Assembly (NCBI GenBank): GCA_051532055.1
Contig: JAOPTX010000007.1
Span: 160,001 to 224,000, forward strand
Direction of reading: 5' to 3'
DNA: 64,000 nt
From: Fibrobacterales bacterium
GTDB lineage: Bacteria; Fibrobacterota; Fibrobacteria; Fibrobacterales; JAOPTW01
A program made the position numbers and the translations under genes. Below, in pieces: positions 36,936 to 45,990 of this stretch (positions are counted from its first letter, which is position 1; each line of letters opens with the position of its first letter). The notes beneath the pieces were generated by a model. It searched no databases. It was not told the DNA's origin and worked only from the letters and a program-made list of their open reading frames with translations.

Positions 36936-38263
36936 TCTATTTAACCTCACTTCTATTGATTCTATGGTGCGCAAGCTCCCTCTATGCTAAAGGACTCGCT
37001 ATCCACGGTAGCGTATCGCAAAGCTATGTACATTCAATAGATAATAATTTTGTATTCTCCGGAACCGAAGGCGGCTCTCTCAATTACTCAGAAGCGTACA
37101 TCAACTTTACCCAACAATATGATGAACAGCTCCGTTTTGGAATTCAACTTGCTGCTCGTAGTTTTGGAGACGAAGAAAACTTTGAACCAACGGTTGACTG
37201 GGCCTATGGTGATTACCGGCTGCATGAATTATTAGGCATTCAAGTAGGAAGTATAAAGGTCCCCTTTGGTATCTACAATGAAGTAAGAGATATCGACTTT
37301 GCCCGCCCCAACATTTTACTCGATCAAGGCATCTACCCCGAAAGCTTTAGAATGGCACTTGACTCGTATACAGGGGGTTCACTCTATGGCTCTCTTGAAC
37401 TCTCACACTCCATTTTTGATTATTGCCTCTACATGGGAGCCACAGACATTCCTGATACCTACACCAGTATTCAAACAGTAAAAACCCTTTATAACGCGCC
37501 CAACACAACAATCAGTGATGGCTATATGGGAGGCTCTCATTTAAAAATGCTCATCGGTGATCATCTCTCCCTGGGGCATACCTATCTGTTTCTTCAAGCA
37601 TACGATAATTTAGAGTCCGAAAACCTTGGGCGTAATTTCGATCAAATAGAATCAGTGAATTCCGAGGAAGCCACACTCATTCAAGCAACCCTCGACGGAC
37701 CCTTAAGCTACACACCTCACGCACATCGGTTTACCATGCAGGTAAACATTGCAAGCGTAGAGCTTCGTTTTGAAAAACTGACTCTTGCTGCAGAATATGA
37801 ATACTTTACCCTCAAAACCTTTGCTTCAGATGCACTCGTAGCAAAAGTAATTGGCATTGGCCAAGAGAGCCCATTTATACAATACAACCCAGCCAATTTA
37901 CCCCCAGAAACCATTGAAGTCATTCCCTATCAAGTTGCTTCGCTGTTAATCAACAATGATGTTGTTACCAAACAAGCAGGATATCTTCACCTCTTTTACC
38001 AATGGCATGACCGTTTTGGCACCCATGCTGGCGTTGGTTATGTAACTCAAGAGAACAACAACAGTAACAACCCCGATCAAAATTTTAGAAACAGCAAACA
38101 ATGGAGTTATGTTGCTGGTTTACACTTTTATATCAATGACAACTTTATGGTAAAAGGCGAGTACCACTATTTCGATGGTGACTACAGTTCTTATACCAAA
38201 CCAGGAAATAACCCACAATCAGATGGGCACCTCGTAATAGCGCGCGGGTCCTATCTATTTTAA
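36932..38263 (+). CDS. Porin-like outer-membrane beta-barrel 1
   Basis: Signal peptide; IHGSVSQ, DWAYGDYR, KVPFGIYNE.RD, KGEYHY; C-terminal Phe. Confidence 0.75.
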   Translation: MIYLTSLLLILWCASSLYAKGLAIHGSVSQSYVHSIDNNFVFSGTEGGSLNYSEAYINFTQQYDEQLRFGIQLAARSFGDEENFEPTVDWAYGDYRLHELLGIQVGSIKVPFGIYNEVRDIDFARPNILLDQGIYPESFRMALDSYTGGSLYGSLELSHSIFDYCLYMGATDIPDTYTSIQTVKTLYNAPNTTISDGYMGGSHLKMLIGDHLSLGHTYLFLQAYDNLESENLGRNFDQIESVNSEEATLIQATLDGPLSYTPHAHRFTMQVNIASVELRFEKLTLAAEYEYFTLKTFASDALVAKVIGIGQESPFIQYNPANLPPETIEVIPYQVASLLINNDVVTKQAGYLHLFYQWHDRFGTHAGVGYVTQENNNSNNPDQNFRNSKQWSYVAGLHFYINDNFMVKGEYHYFDGDYSSYTKPGNNPQSDGHLVIARGSYLF

Positions 38264-38272
38264 GGAGATACT

Positions 38273-39646
38273 ATGAAGCATGGTGGGAAACTACTCTTAC
38301 TCCTTCTAACCACACTCTATATGTCAGGGTGGTCAGATGATGAGAGTATCGAAATACATGGTGCTATTTCTCAGAGTTTTATCTACTCTAAGAATAACCA
38401 CTACATCTTTCAAGGATCCAAAGGTGGGTCGCTTGACTTCTCTGAAGCTTATATTAACTTCTCAAGACAGTTTGGAAGTGATCTCCGAGTTGGACTTCAG
38501 ATTGCATCACGCAACTTTGGGACCCAAGAAGACTTTACCCCTAAACTCGACTGGGCCTATGGAGATTATCGTCTCCATAGAGCCATAGGGCTTAGGCTTG
38601 GCAAAGTTAAACTACCCTTTGGGATATATAATGAAGCGCGAGATATAGATTTTGCTAAAGCATCAATCATACTCGATCAAGGCATCTACCCCGAAAACTT
38701 TAGACTGGTCATTAATTCCTACTCGGGAGGGAGTCTCTATGGGACATTTACTATAAGTGAGAAAAATAATGCAGAGTTCGATTATGAAGTGTATTATGGT
38801 ACGACGAGTATCCCAGAAAGCTATCGAAGTATTCAATTCACCCGACGTAATTTCAATTCACCTACCACTGGCATGAATAATGTTACCCTTTGGGGGACCT
38901 CCGCTCAACTGCGCCCCTTCGACAACCTCCTTCTTGGGCACTCCTTCATGTACAACACTACCTATCTCAGTATCAACAGCTCTACTTTGAAAGACTTAGA
39001 CGAAAATGAGACTGGCTTTTTCGACTTCCCCGTTCCCTTTATAGAGAAAGCAGTTAAATCAAAATACACTGCCCATGTATTCAGTGCTGAAATACGTATA
39101 AAAGATTTTACCCTGATCAGTGAATATGAATCAAGCACCTTAAACTCAACTAATACCCAAGATTTTTCTAATGCCATATATAGCGGGATTTCTAAAAATT
39201 TTGAAAACACTGCATTTAGGGACGCAGTCCTTACAAGTCTCGGAATTCCTGTTGCAAGCCTAGACTCACTCACACTAGATCAAATGGCAGCTGGTGTGGC
39301 TCAAACATTTACCTCTGAATTCTCTACACCAATTGTTGCGGATAAATCATCATGGTACATACAAGCACTCTATCAATTGAATGATGACCTTGGGCTTTTC
39401 ACCGGGTATGGATATACCACCCAGACCAACAGTGCTGACATTAAACGGCTCCAAGAAGAACAAAACACCAGAAATGCGAAGCAAAAAGATTATTCGCTTG
39501 GTATAAACTACTATGTCAGTGATAACTTCTTGTTAAAAGGAGAGTATCACTATATTGATGGACTCTATGGCGTATATAACCCCTCGACTGATGTGATGAT
39601 TGAAGATGGTAACCTTTGGCTTGCTCGCGCATCCTATTCATTCTGA
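38273..39646 (+). CDS. Porin-like outer-membrane beta-barrel 2 (paralog)
   Basis: Same motifs as barrel 1 (IHGAISQ, DWAYGDYR, KLPFGIYNE.RD, KGEYHY, ARASYSF); RBS AAGGAG. Confidence 0.75.
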   Translation: MKHGGKLLLLLLTTLYMSGWSDDESIEIHGAISQSFIYSKNNHYIFQGSKGGSLDFSEAYINFSRQFGSDLRVGLQIASRNFGTQEDFTPKLDWAYGDYRLHRAIGLRLGKVKLPFGIYNEARDIDFAKASIILDQGIYPENFRLVINSYSGGSLYGTFTISEKNNAEFDYEVYYGTTSIPESYRSIQFTRRNFNSPTTGMNNVTLWGTSAQLRPFDNLLLGHSFMYNTTYLSINSSTLKDLDENETGFFDFPVPFIEKAVKSKYTAHVFSAEIRIKDFTLISEYESSTLNSTNTQDFSNAIYSGISKNFENTAFRDAVLTSLGIPVASLDSLTLDQMAAGVAQTFTSEFSTPIVADKSSWYIQALYQLNDDLGLFTGYGYTTQTNSADIKRLQEEQNTRNAKQKDYSLGINYYVSDNFLLKGEYHYIDGLYGVYNPSTDVMIEDGNLWLARASYSF

Positions 39647-39653
39647 GGTTATT

Positions 39654-40118
39654 ATGATACATTACTCCTCTATCATGCGAAAAAGGTCACTATTTCAAGC
39701 AGTATGCAGTCTACTATTAGTCTTGTTATTCTGTATTACTCCAACAGCCAGTTATGGTAATGACATCGTTATTGTTGTCTCTAAAAATAGTACTCTTACC
39801 AGTATTGAAGTGAGCGCTCTTAAGAAACTCTATATTGGAAAAAATACCACAATAGAGAATACCTTTACCTCACCAATTCTCCAGAAAAATAAAACGCAAC
39901 ATAAACAATTTTTAGAGAAATTTTTAAACATGAATACCCGACAATTTGCTCGAACATGGCAAAAGTTAGTATTTACAGGTAAAGCACAAATGCCTCAAAA
40001 GGCTGACTCATATCAAGAGCTCATTAAATACCTTACAGAAAACTCACAAAGTATTGGCTACATGCTTGAGAGTCACGTTACCCCTGAAGTTAAAATTATA
40101 CCCATAAAAGGAATGTAA
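39654..40118 (+). CDS. Short periplasmic PBP-like protein 2 (paralog of 36501-36935)
   Basis: Shares KKLY.GK, FTSP, NTRQFAR.WQKLVFTGKAQMP, .GY. Confidence 0.7.
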   Translation: MIHYSSIMRKRSLFQAVCSLLLVLLFCITPTASYGNDIVIVVSKNSTLTSIEVSALKKLYIGKNTTIENTFTSPILQKNKTQHKQFLEKFLNMNTRQFARTWQKLVFTGKAQMPQKADSYQELIKYLTENSQSIGYMLESHVTPEVKIIPIKGM

Positions 40119-40119
40119 A

Positions 40120-41445
40120 TTGCGAACCCTTGTTCTCACCATACTTTTCTTAGCGAGCGTCTATGGGAACCCGCCCCCTGTTGATATCCATGGAACTATT
40201 TCTCAAACAGCTATCTACGCAGTAGATAATCACTATCTCTACAGTGGCACCAAGGATGGCTCATTTGATTTCACCGAAATCTACATCAACTTTAGTTCTC
40301 AATTATCTGATAGACTCCGCATGGGGATGCAACTCTCATCTAGGAACTTTGGAGAACTTGAAAATTTCGAACCCAAAATAGACTGGGCTTTTGGTGATTA
40401 TCGCCTTGTTCCCGAATTTGGCTTTAGAATTGGACAAGTGAAACTCCCTTTTGGCATCTATAATGAAAGTCGCGATGTTGACCTTGCAAAACAGACGATT
40501 GTCCTCGACCAGGGTGTCTATCCCGAAGACCTCAGATTACTCATCACCTCTGTTAGTGGTGGATCACTATATGGGATTGCAACCCTTGGAAATTTTGACT
40601 TCGACTACCAAGCTTATGGCGGTATCAGCAAAATAAATGAGACCTATTACTGGACCAATGTTTCAGCACATAATAACAATTCTCCTAATTCAAAAATTAA
40701 CAACATGAAACTCTATGGAGCGACAGGAAGTATCACCTATAATTCCCTCTACAAAGTTGGTGCATCATATACTCACAACTCAAATGATCTTACTCTAGAG
40801 AGTTCTGACATACTCGCAAACATTCCTGGTAAAGCCGGTATTGATTTACAACTTCAATCAATACTCCCTTTTGTTTTTCCTCTTGGACTCCCTGCGGTCC
40901 CTATGCCCTACATTAAAAATGGCTTGGAAAATGAACTAAACACCTACACCTTTTCAAGTGAAATCGCTCTCCATGACCGCCTCACCCTCGTAAGTGAATT
41001 TCAACTACTCACAATGAAATTCACCTATAGTAATGATGCACAGGACCTTATTTTAAAAGCATTTGAAGATGCGGGTATACAAGGTCAATTCCTTACGATG
41101 CCTATTGTTAATGGTGCATCACTTATTTCCCAATATACCACCCCCATTTCACCTCGTAATTACTCGCTGTACACCAATGCCCATCTACAATTGACCGAAA
41201 ACCTAGGTAGCTCTTTGGGATATGCGTATAGAATCCTGAAGCTAAATTCATCATTTGAATCCTATCGTAACACCGAGATGGACTATCTTATTGGACTCAA
41301 CTATTTTCTTACCGACAACATTCTCATTAAGGCTGAGTACCACTATATTGATGGAAACATAAGTGCCTACCCTCCTATTGGTACAGATGAAACTTCCAAA
41401 TCTAGAGGTCAGCTGATAATGGGCCGGATATCTTTTACCTTTTAA
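40120..41445 (+). CDS. Porin-like outer-membrane beta-barrel 3 (paralog)
   Basis: IHGTISQ, DWAFGDYR, KLPFGIYNE.RD, KAEYHY, GRISFTF; TTG start after AAGGA. Confidence 0.75.
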   Translation: MRTLVLTILFLASVYGNPPPVDIHGTISQTAIYAVDNHYLYSGTKDGSFDFTEIYINFSSQLSDRLRMGMQLSSRNFGELENFEPKIDWAFGDYRLVPEFGFRIGQVKLPFGIYNESRDVDLAKQTIVLDQGVYPEDLRLLITSVSGGSLYGIATLGNFDFDYQAYGGISKINETYYWTNVSAHNNNSPNSKINNMKLYGATGSITYNSLYKVGASYTHNSNDLTLESSDILANIPGKAGIDLQLQSILPFVFPLGLPAVPMPYIKNGLENELNTYTFSSEIALHDRLTLVSEFQLLTMKFTYSNDAQDLILKAFEDAGIQGQFLTMPIVNGASLISQYTTPISPRNYSLYTNAHLQLTENLGSSLGYAYRILKLNSSFESYRNTEMDYLIGLNYFLTDNILIKAEYHYIDGNISAYPPIGTDETSKSRGQLIMGRISFTF

Positions 41446-41448
41446 TAA

Positions 41449-41473
41449 ACTACTCACTACTCACTACTCACTA
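41449..41473 (+). repeat. Heptamer tandem repeat (ACTACTC) x3.5
   Basis: ACTACTC ACTACTC ACTACTC ACTA in the 43-bp gap before the kinase. Confidence 0.85.
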
Positions 41474-41488
41474 TAAACCGATGAAACT

Positions 41489-43105
41489 ATGACACTACGT
41501 ACCAAATTTTTACTCGTTCTTATTCCTCTACTGGTAGTTTCACTTTCAGCAGTAATATTTGCGATCTATGGCAGTACTAATATTAAGGTCAAAACTGGGT
41601 TTGTTAAAAATGACATCTTTCCCATACTTAATAGAGCGGGCGCTCTGAACGATCATGTTAAAGCCACTAAGTCTGGTTTTGTCGATGCAATAAATGGCGA
41701 TGAATTTTTTGCAGAACAAATAGCACAGACTCAAAGTGCCTTTAATATAGACATTGATACACTCTATAGTATCACTCAAGATTATGGCCTTAAAGAGATT
41801 AAAATCAATTACAATAATTTTGTCTCCATTGCTATCACTACTGGCACTAAACTCGTAGAAAACCCAGATGAGTTTTCTGATGACATTAGTATTATTACAG
41901 AAAAAGCACAGATTCTTAGTATTCAAATTGAATCATATTTACAATCTAAAGAAAAGCAATTTGGCATAGCTCTACTCTCTATTGATGCATCTTCTGAAGA
42001 CTTTGTAAATGCATTTGCCATCGTAGGTCTTTCACTTCTTATTGTGATGGTTATTCTCACGAGAATTATTCTCTCCTCCACCCGAACTATTCGTAACCTT
42101 GCAACTGACGCTGAAGGCCTCTCAAAGGGGGACCTCAAAAAAGAGATTGAAACCACTCGATCAGATGAGTTAGGTATTCTTCAAGGGAGCTTTGAACGCA
42201 TGCGCTCATCTCTTAATGGACTTATCAATAACCTGGAGTCAAAAGTTGAAGACCGGACTAAAGATCTAAACCGAAAAAACAAAGCACTCAATGATACTCT
42301 CAGCAAACTAAAACAAGCACAAACGCAACTTATCCAGTCAGAAAAAATGGTTTCCCTAGGACAACTTACGGCCGGTATTGCTCACGAAATTAACAATCCC
42401 ATTAATTTTGTTCTCAATGGTATAACTCCCCTTGAATCAAATATTGTAGACCTCTTTGATCTCATGAAACTCTATATACAGCATCATAAAGAACCATCTG
42501 AAGCTCTGACCGAAGAGATCGCAGAACTGAAAGATGACATTGAATACGATGATCTTGAACCAGAAATCTTACAGCTCTGTAACAGTATTAAAATTGGTGC
42601 AAAACGCACTTCGGAAATTGTTAATGGTCTGCGAACCTTCTCACGTACTGACGAATCTGAGAAAAAATTAGCTGACATACACGAAGGTATTGATTCAACT
42701 CTTGCTATTCTCAATCCGAAAATGAAAGGCCGAGTTGATGTTATAAAAGAGTATGGACCTGTTCCCTGTTTGGAATGTTTCCCTGGCCAACTGAATCAAG
42801 TGTTTATGAATATTCTTGCCAATGCTCATCAAGCTATTGGCGAAAACAAAGGAACCATCACTGTAGGAACAAAAAAGGTTGATGACACCCATATTGCAGT
42901 GACTATTACTGATTCAGGCCCCGGCATGACCGAAGAGACTAAAGAGAAGATTTTTGAACCGTTCTTCACAACGAAAGATGTAGGAGAGGGGACAGGCCTC
43001 GGAATGTCAATAACTTTTGGTATTATTCAGAAACACAAAGGATCAATTACTATAGATTCGGAAATTGGTGTTGGCACAACTTTCACCATAACCCTTCCTA
43101 TGTAA
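41489..43105 (+). CDS. Membrane sensor histidine kinase (TM-periplasmic helical domain-TM-HAMP-HisKA-HATPase)
   Basis: Two TM helices, HAMP (SKGDL...RSDELG.L..SF..M), [33 protein letters not shown]. Confidence 0.92.
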   Translation: MTLRTKFLLVLIPLLVVSLSAVIFAIYGSTNIKVKTGFVKNDIFPILNRAGALNDHVKATKSGFVDAINGDEFFAEQIAQTQSAFNIDIDTLYSITQDYGLKEIKINYNNFVSIAITTGTKLVENPDEFSDDISIITEKAQILSIQIESYLQSKEKQFGIALLSIDASSEDFVNAFAIVGLSLLIVMVILTRIILSSTRTIRNLATDAEGLSKGDLKKEIETTRSDELGILQGSFERMRSSLNGLINNLESKVEDRTKDLNRKNKALNDTLSKLKQAQTQLIQSEKMVSLGQLTAGIAHEINNPINFVLNGITPLESNIVDLFDLMKLYIQHHKEPSEALTEEIAELKDDIEYDDLEPEILQLCNSIKIGAKRTSEIVNGLRTFSRTDESEKKLADIHEGIDSTLAILNPKMKGRVDVIKEYGPVPCLECFPGQLNQVFMNILANAHQAIGENKGTITVGTKKVDDTHIAVTITDSGPGMTEETKEKIFEPFFTTKDVGEGTGLGMSITFGIIQKHKGSITIDSEIGVGTTFTITLPM

Positions 43106-43107
43106 CT

Positions 43108-44607
43108 TCAATATATAAGTGGTAGACTAAAACAGATAGTTGTCCCTCTATCTGTCCCTTCACTCTTTGCCTCTATCGTACCCTTACATTCATGCGCTAT
43201 GTTTGCTGCATTATGAAGCCCAAAACCTGCACGCTCTTTTGTTGAGTACCCGAGTCCAAAAATAGTTGTCAGCTTTTCCTGATCAATACCAACCCCATTA
43301 TCAGACACACACGTATTTATTGATGCATCTATTACTTCAATATCAATCATGATTGACTTATCATGCGCTATCCCTTCAAGTGCTTCCATAGCGTTCACAA
43401 TTAGTGCGTTCATAATCACCGTAAAGCTACTCATATTGAGAGCAACAATACCATCACTTGAACTCTCAATTCGATACGCAATATCTCTTTGCTCTAACTC
43501 AAATACATGAATATCCAGGACACTCTCCACACACTCTCGCAGTGTGATATCCTCACGAATATAGCTACTTAATCTACTTCTATCCTGCTCTTCAATAACC
43601 CCTTTCATTGTTTTAAGAAGCGACATTATTTGCTGAGTACTGTGTTGTGCAACTTGTAGTTCATCTTGTAGAGAGTCGTCAAGTGAAAGATAATACTCTG
43701 CAAGAGTTTTACTTTTGGGATTATGGAGGATAAAATCCTCCAAATTACCAGCATGAGATTTTAAAAGCTCATTTGCCTGAAACAATTTTTGCAAAGAGTT
43801 ATTGTTCAATAGATCATCAAGAGATTCAGCCCGCACCAAAAGACTATTAAGTATGTTCCCTTGGTTGTGAAGTATTGAAGTTACCACCTCATTACGTCCT
43901 TTAAAGTGTGCTGCATCTACGAGTTTTTCCTGTGCTTCTTTAAGAGCTAAGGTCCTTTGTTTAACCTTCTCTTCAAGATCCTCATTGAGGACTTGAACCT
44001 TTAATTGCTCTTCAAGTGCCTTTTCAAGTGCCCTATTGAATAACTTATAAATAGCTGTAGCAACTAGATACAACAGTACAATAGACAGTATTCCATCCCC
44101 TAAAAATTCTGCTGCAGTCCTTTCATTTAAAAAACCTTTTGTAAAAGCGTTCTTTGTATAAAGAACCAATGCACCTATGTTCGCCAAATAAAATAGTATT
44201 GAAAATAGTGCAATTGGATTTACAAAAATTGAAAGGAAAAGAAACACTAGCACAAACTGAAATGAATCTGCAGAGCTTAATATATCTGTTCCAATATTAA
44301 GCTCCATAAATATAATCAACCAAGCTACCACATTTGGAATAATGACGAACATGTATGATGTTACTTTAAATTTTCCAATCCTCAGTAACCATTGCATGAT
44401 AAGTATTGCTACAATACCATAGATAAACGGGATAAATATAGAGAGATCAGGGCTATTAGATACAATGGAATAATAAATTACAATAAGCGGTGTAACAACA
44501 AACAGGCCCAAAGAAAAAATATTTATCAACCGCGCTAAATGCCGCGTCCGATAATCTGCCCCATCATACACCCGAGGCACGCCAAAGAGTCGTTTATTCC
44601 ATTTCAT
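43108..44607 (-). CDS. Multi-pass membrane histidine kinase (LHNxGN-type H-box)
   Basis: About 6 TM helices, LEEKVKQRT, SILHNQGNILNSL, DNGVG, FGLGYSTK, GFGLH. Confidence 0.85.
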   Translation of the reverse strand: MKWNKRLFGVPRVYDGADYRTRHLARLINIFSLGLFVVTPLIVIYYSIVSNSPDLSIFIPFIYGIVAILIMQWLLRIGKFKVTSYMFVIIPNVVAWLIIFMELNIGTDILSSADSFQFVLVFLFLSIFVNPIALFSILFYLANIGALVLYTKNAFTKGFLNERTAAEFLGDGILSIVLLYLVATAIYKLFNRALEKALEEQLKVQVLNEDLEEKVKQRTLALKEAQEKLVDAAHFKGRNEVVTSILHNQGNILNSLLVRAESLDDLLNNNSLQKLFQANELLKSHAGNLEDFILHNPKSKTLAEYYLSLDDSLQDELQVAQHSTQQIMSLLKTMKGVIEEQDRSRLSSYIREDITLRECVESVLDIHVFELEQRDIAYRIESSSDGIVALNMSSFTVIMNALIVNAMEALEGIAHDKSIMIDIEVIDASINTCVSDNGVGIDQEKLTTIFGLGYSTKERAGFGLHNAANIAHECKGTIEAKSEGTDRGTTICFSLPLIY

Positions 44608-44627
44608 TCAATCTCAATTACAACACA

Positions 44628-44658
44628 CTATTATATCATAAAAACAAAATGAATGCAA
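44628..44658 (-). promoter_or_regulatory. Sigma70-type promoter for the 43108-44607 kinase
   Basis: Minus strand TTGCAT-N17-TATAAT with a TG extension, 22 nt upstream of the ATG. Confidence 0.6.
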
Positions 44659-44737
44659 AAGCCACCCAGCTATGTTTAACTAAAATGTTAATGAATAATC
44701 AAGTAAAAGTAATGTCTGCCCATAGGGCAAACGAACA

Positions 44738-44852
44738 AATACAAATTTCGACAAAGAGTAGGTAGATTCAAGGCGGAGCAACCGCAGGCGTACAAATGGT
44801 ACATCAAGAGAACTCCAACATCTAAGATGCCTGCTCTTTGCCGAAATGTATT
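44738..44852. repeat. Palindromic element 1 (long imperfect hairpin; RPE/MITE-like)
   Basis: Arms ATTTCGACAAAGAGTAGG / CCTGCTCTTTGCCGAAAT; inner TAGAT/ATCTA and GGAG/CTCC; core GCGTAC-AAATG-GTAC. Confidence 0.7.
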
Positions 44853-45987
44853 AGAAGGCTTCGCGGATGTAGACCGTCAAGCTCAGACCTGATTTTTGTA
44901 CATACGAAATATCAGCCCGTACATTGAACTTATTTTGAGGGTTGAGCGCCACCCGCCCCCCAAGGCCAATTGAGTAGAGGGTCTCACCCATTTTAAAATC
45001 TGACTCTTGCCCCCACACCTGAAAGGCTTCGGCAAAGGTAACCATCCCCAGGCGCCACCAAAGTTCGCGTCGATATTCAGCTCCAACACTTATGAGATTA
45101 TTATCACGATAGCGCCCTGATTCAACGCCTCTCATCTCATACACACCATCAGGTGTGGCAAGGCTCCGAAACGGGATCGCATCTCCATAATTAACATGAT
45201 TATGTACCATTGTTGCAATTGCTCCCGAAGAACCAACAGGAAAATATTTAGACGCTTTAAATCGGTATTTAAAGAAATTGAATTCACTACCAAAATTTTT
45301 ATGGTACCCAAAGGTTTCTAGTTTGACATATTCACCTTCAGTAGCCCAATATTGATGATTTTTATTATCATACGTCATAATAAAACCAAAACCATTAGTA
45401 CGGGCACCATGGCCACCAACTGTTGTTGGGTTATCAAGAATGCTCCCACTCTCTTTGGGGGTAATATCTTCCTCTGTGAACTCCATAGTTACTCCAGCAT
45501 ATAAACCGGGAAAAAATTCTTTTTCAAGTAAAAACTGAACACCATAATTGGTTGCATCAAAAGCAGTGGAATCTTCTTTGCCACTCATCCCTATGCCATA
45601 ATAATTTGCAGGCCAGATGCTATAAAAGAAATATGTCTGCATGTGGTATGTTCCCCAATACATATCGGGCTTTGCAGAAACTTCCATCTGATTTTTTAGA
45701 GTGTAAAATGCAGCAGTCTCAACTGATGACGCATTATCATTCGGCTGTTCTGGTTTAAAAAAGTGTGCTGCAAAAACTCCTAACCGCCATGAGGTTTCTG
45801 TTGAAGAGACTATTATTGGGAGGAGTGCCCATTTTTGAAATTCCTCCTCACTCTTCTCAAGTACTGAGTCTTCTTCACTCTCTTGTAGATTTACTTCAAT
45901 AGTAACTCTAGTAGTATCATTTGTGGTTTGCGACCACCCCATTGAAATGAGACCCAGAATTACTCCGATACACCATTGATTCTTCAT
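44851..45987 (-). CDS. Omp85/BamA-TamA-like barrel protein without POTRA domains
   Basis: Signal peptide, LPII.SS.ET...G, YYGIG, YDN.N......G, MRG...GRYRD loop motif, VRAD, C-terminal EAF. Confidence 0.75.
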   Translation of the reverse strand: MKNQWCIGVILGLISMGWSQTTNDTTRVTIEVNLQESEEDSVLEKSEEEFQKWALLPIIVSSTETSWRLGVFAAHFFKPEQPNDNASSVETAAFYTLKNQMEVSAKPDMYWGTYHMQTYFFYSIWPANYYGIGMSGKEDSTAFDATNYGVQFLLEKEFFPGLYAGVTMEFTEEDITPKESGSILDNPTTVGGHGARTNGFGFIMTYDNKNHQYWATEGEYVKLETFGYHKNFGSEFNFFKYRFKASKYFPVGSSGAIATMVHNHVNYGDAIPFRSLATPDGVYEMRGVESGRYRDNNLISVGAEYRRELWWRLGMVTFAEAFQVWGQESDFKMGETLYSIGLGGRVALNPQNKFNVRADISYVQKSGLSLTVYIREAF

Positions 45988-45990
45988 CTC

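Noticed and set aside
36501..41445. Reading the PBP/porin array as a phosphate (Pst/OprO-P) uptake operon
   Set aside because: The PBPs are less than half PstS length and there is no pstCAB, phoU or phoBR; the operon ends in a sensor kinase
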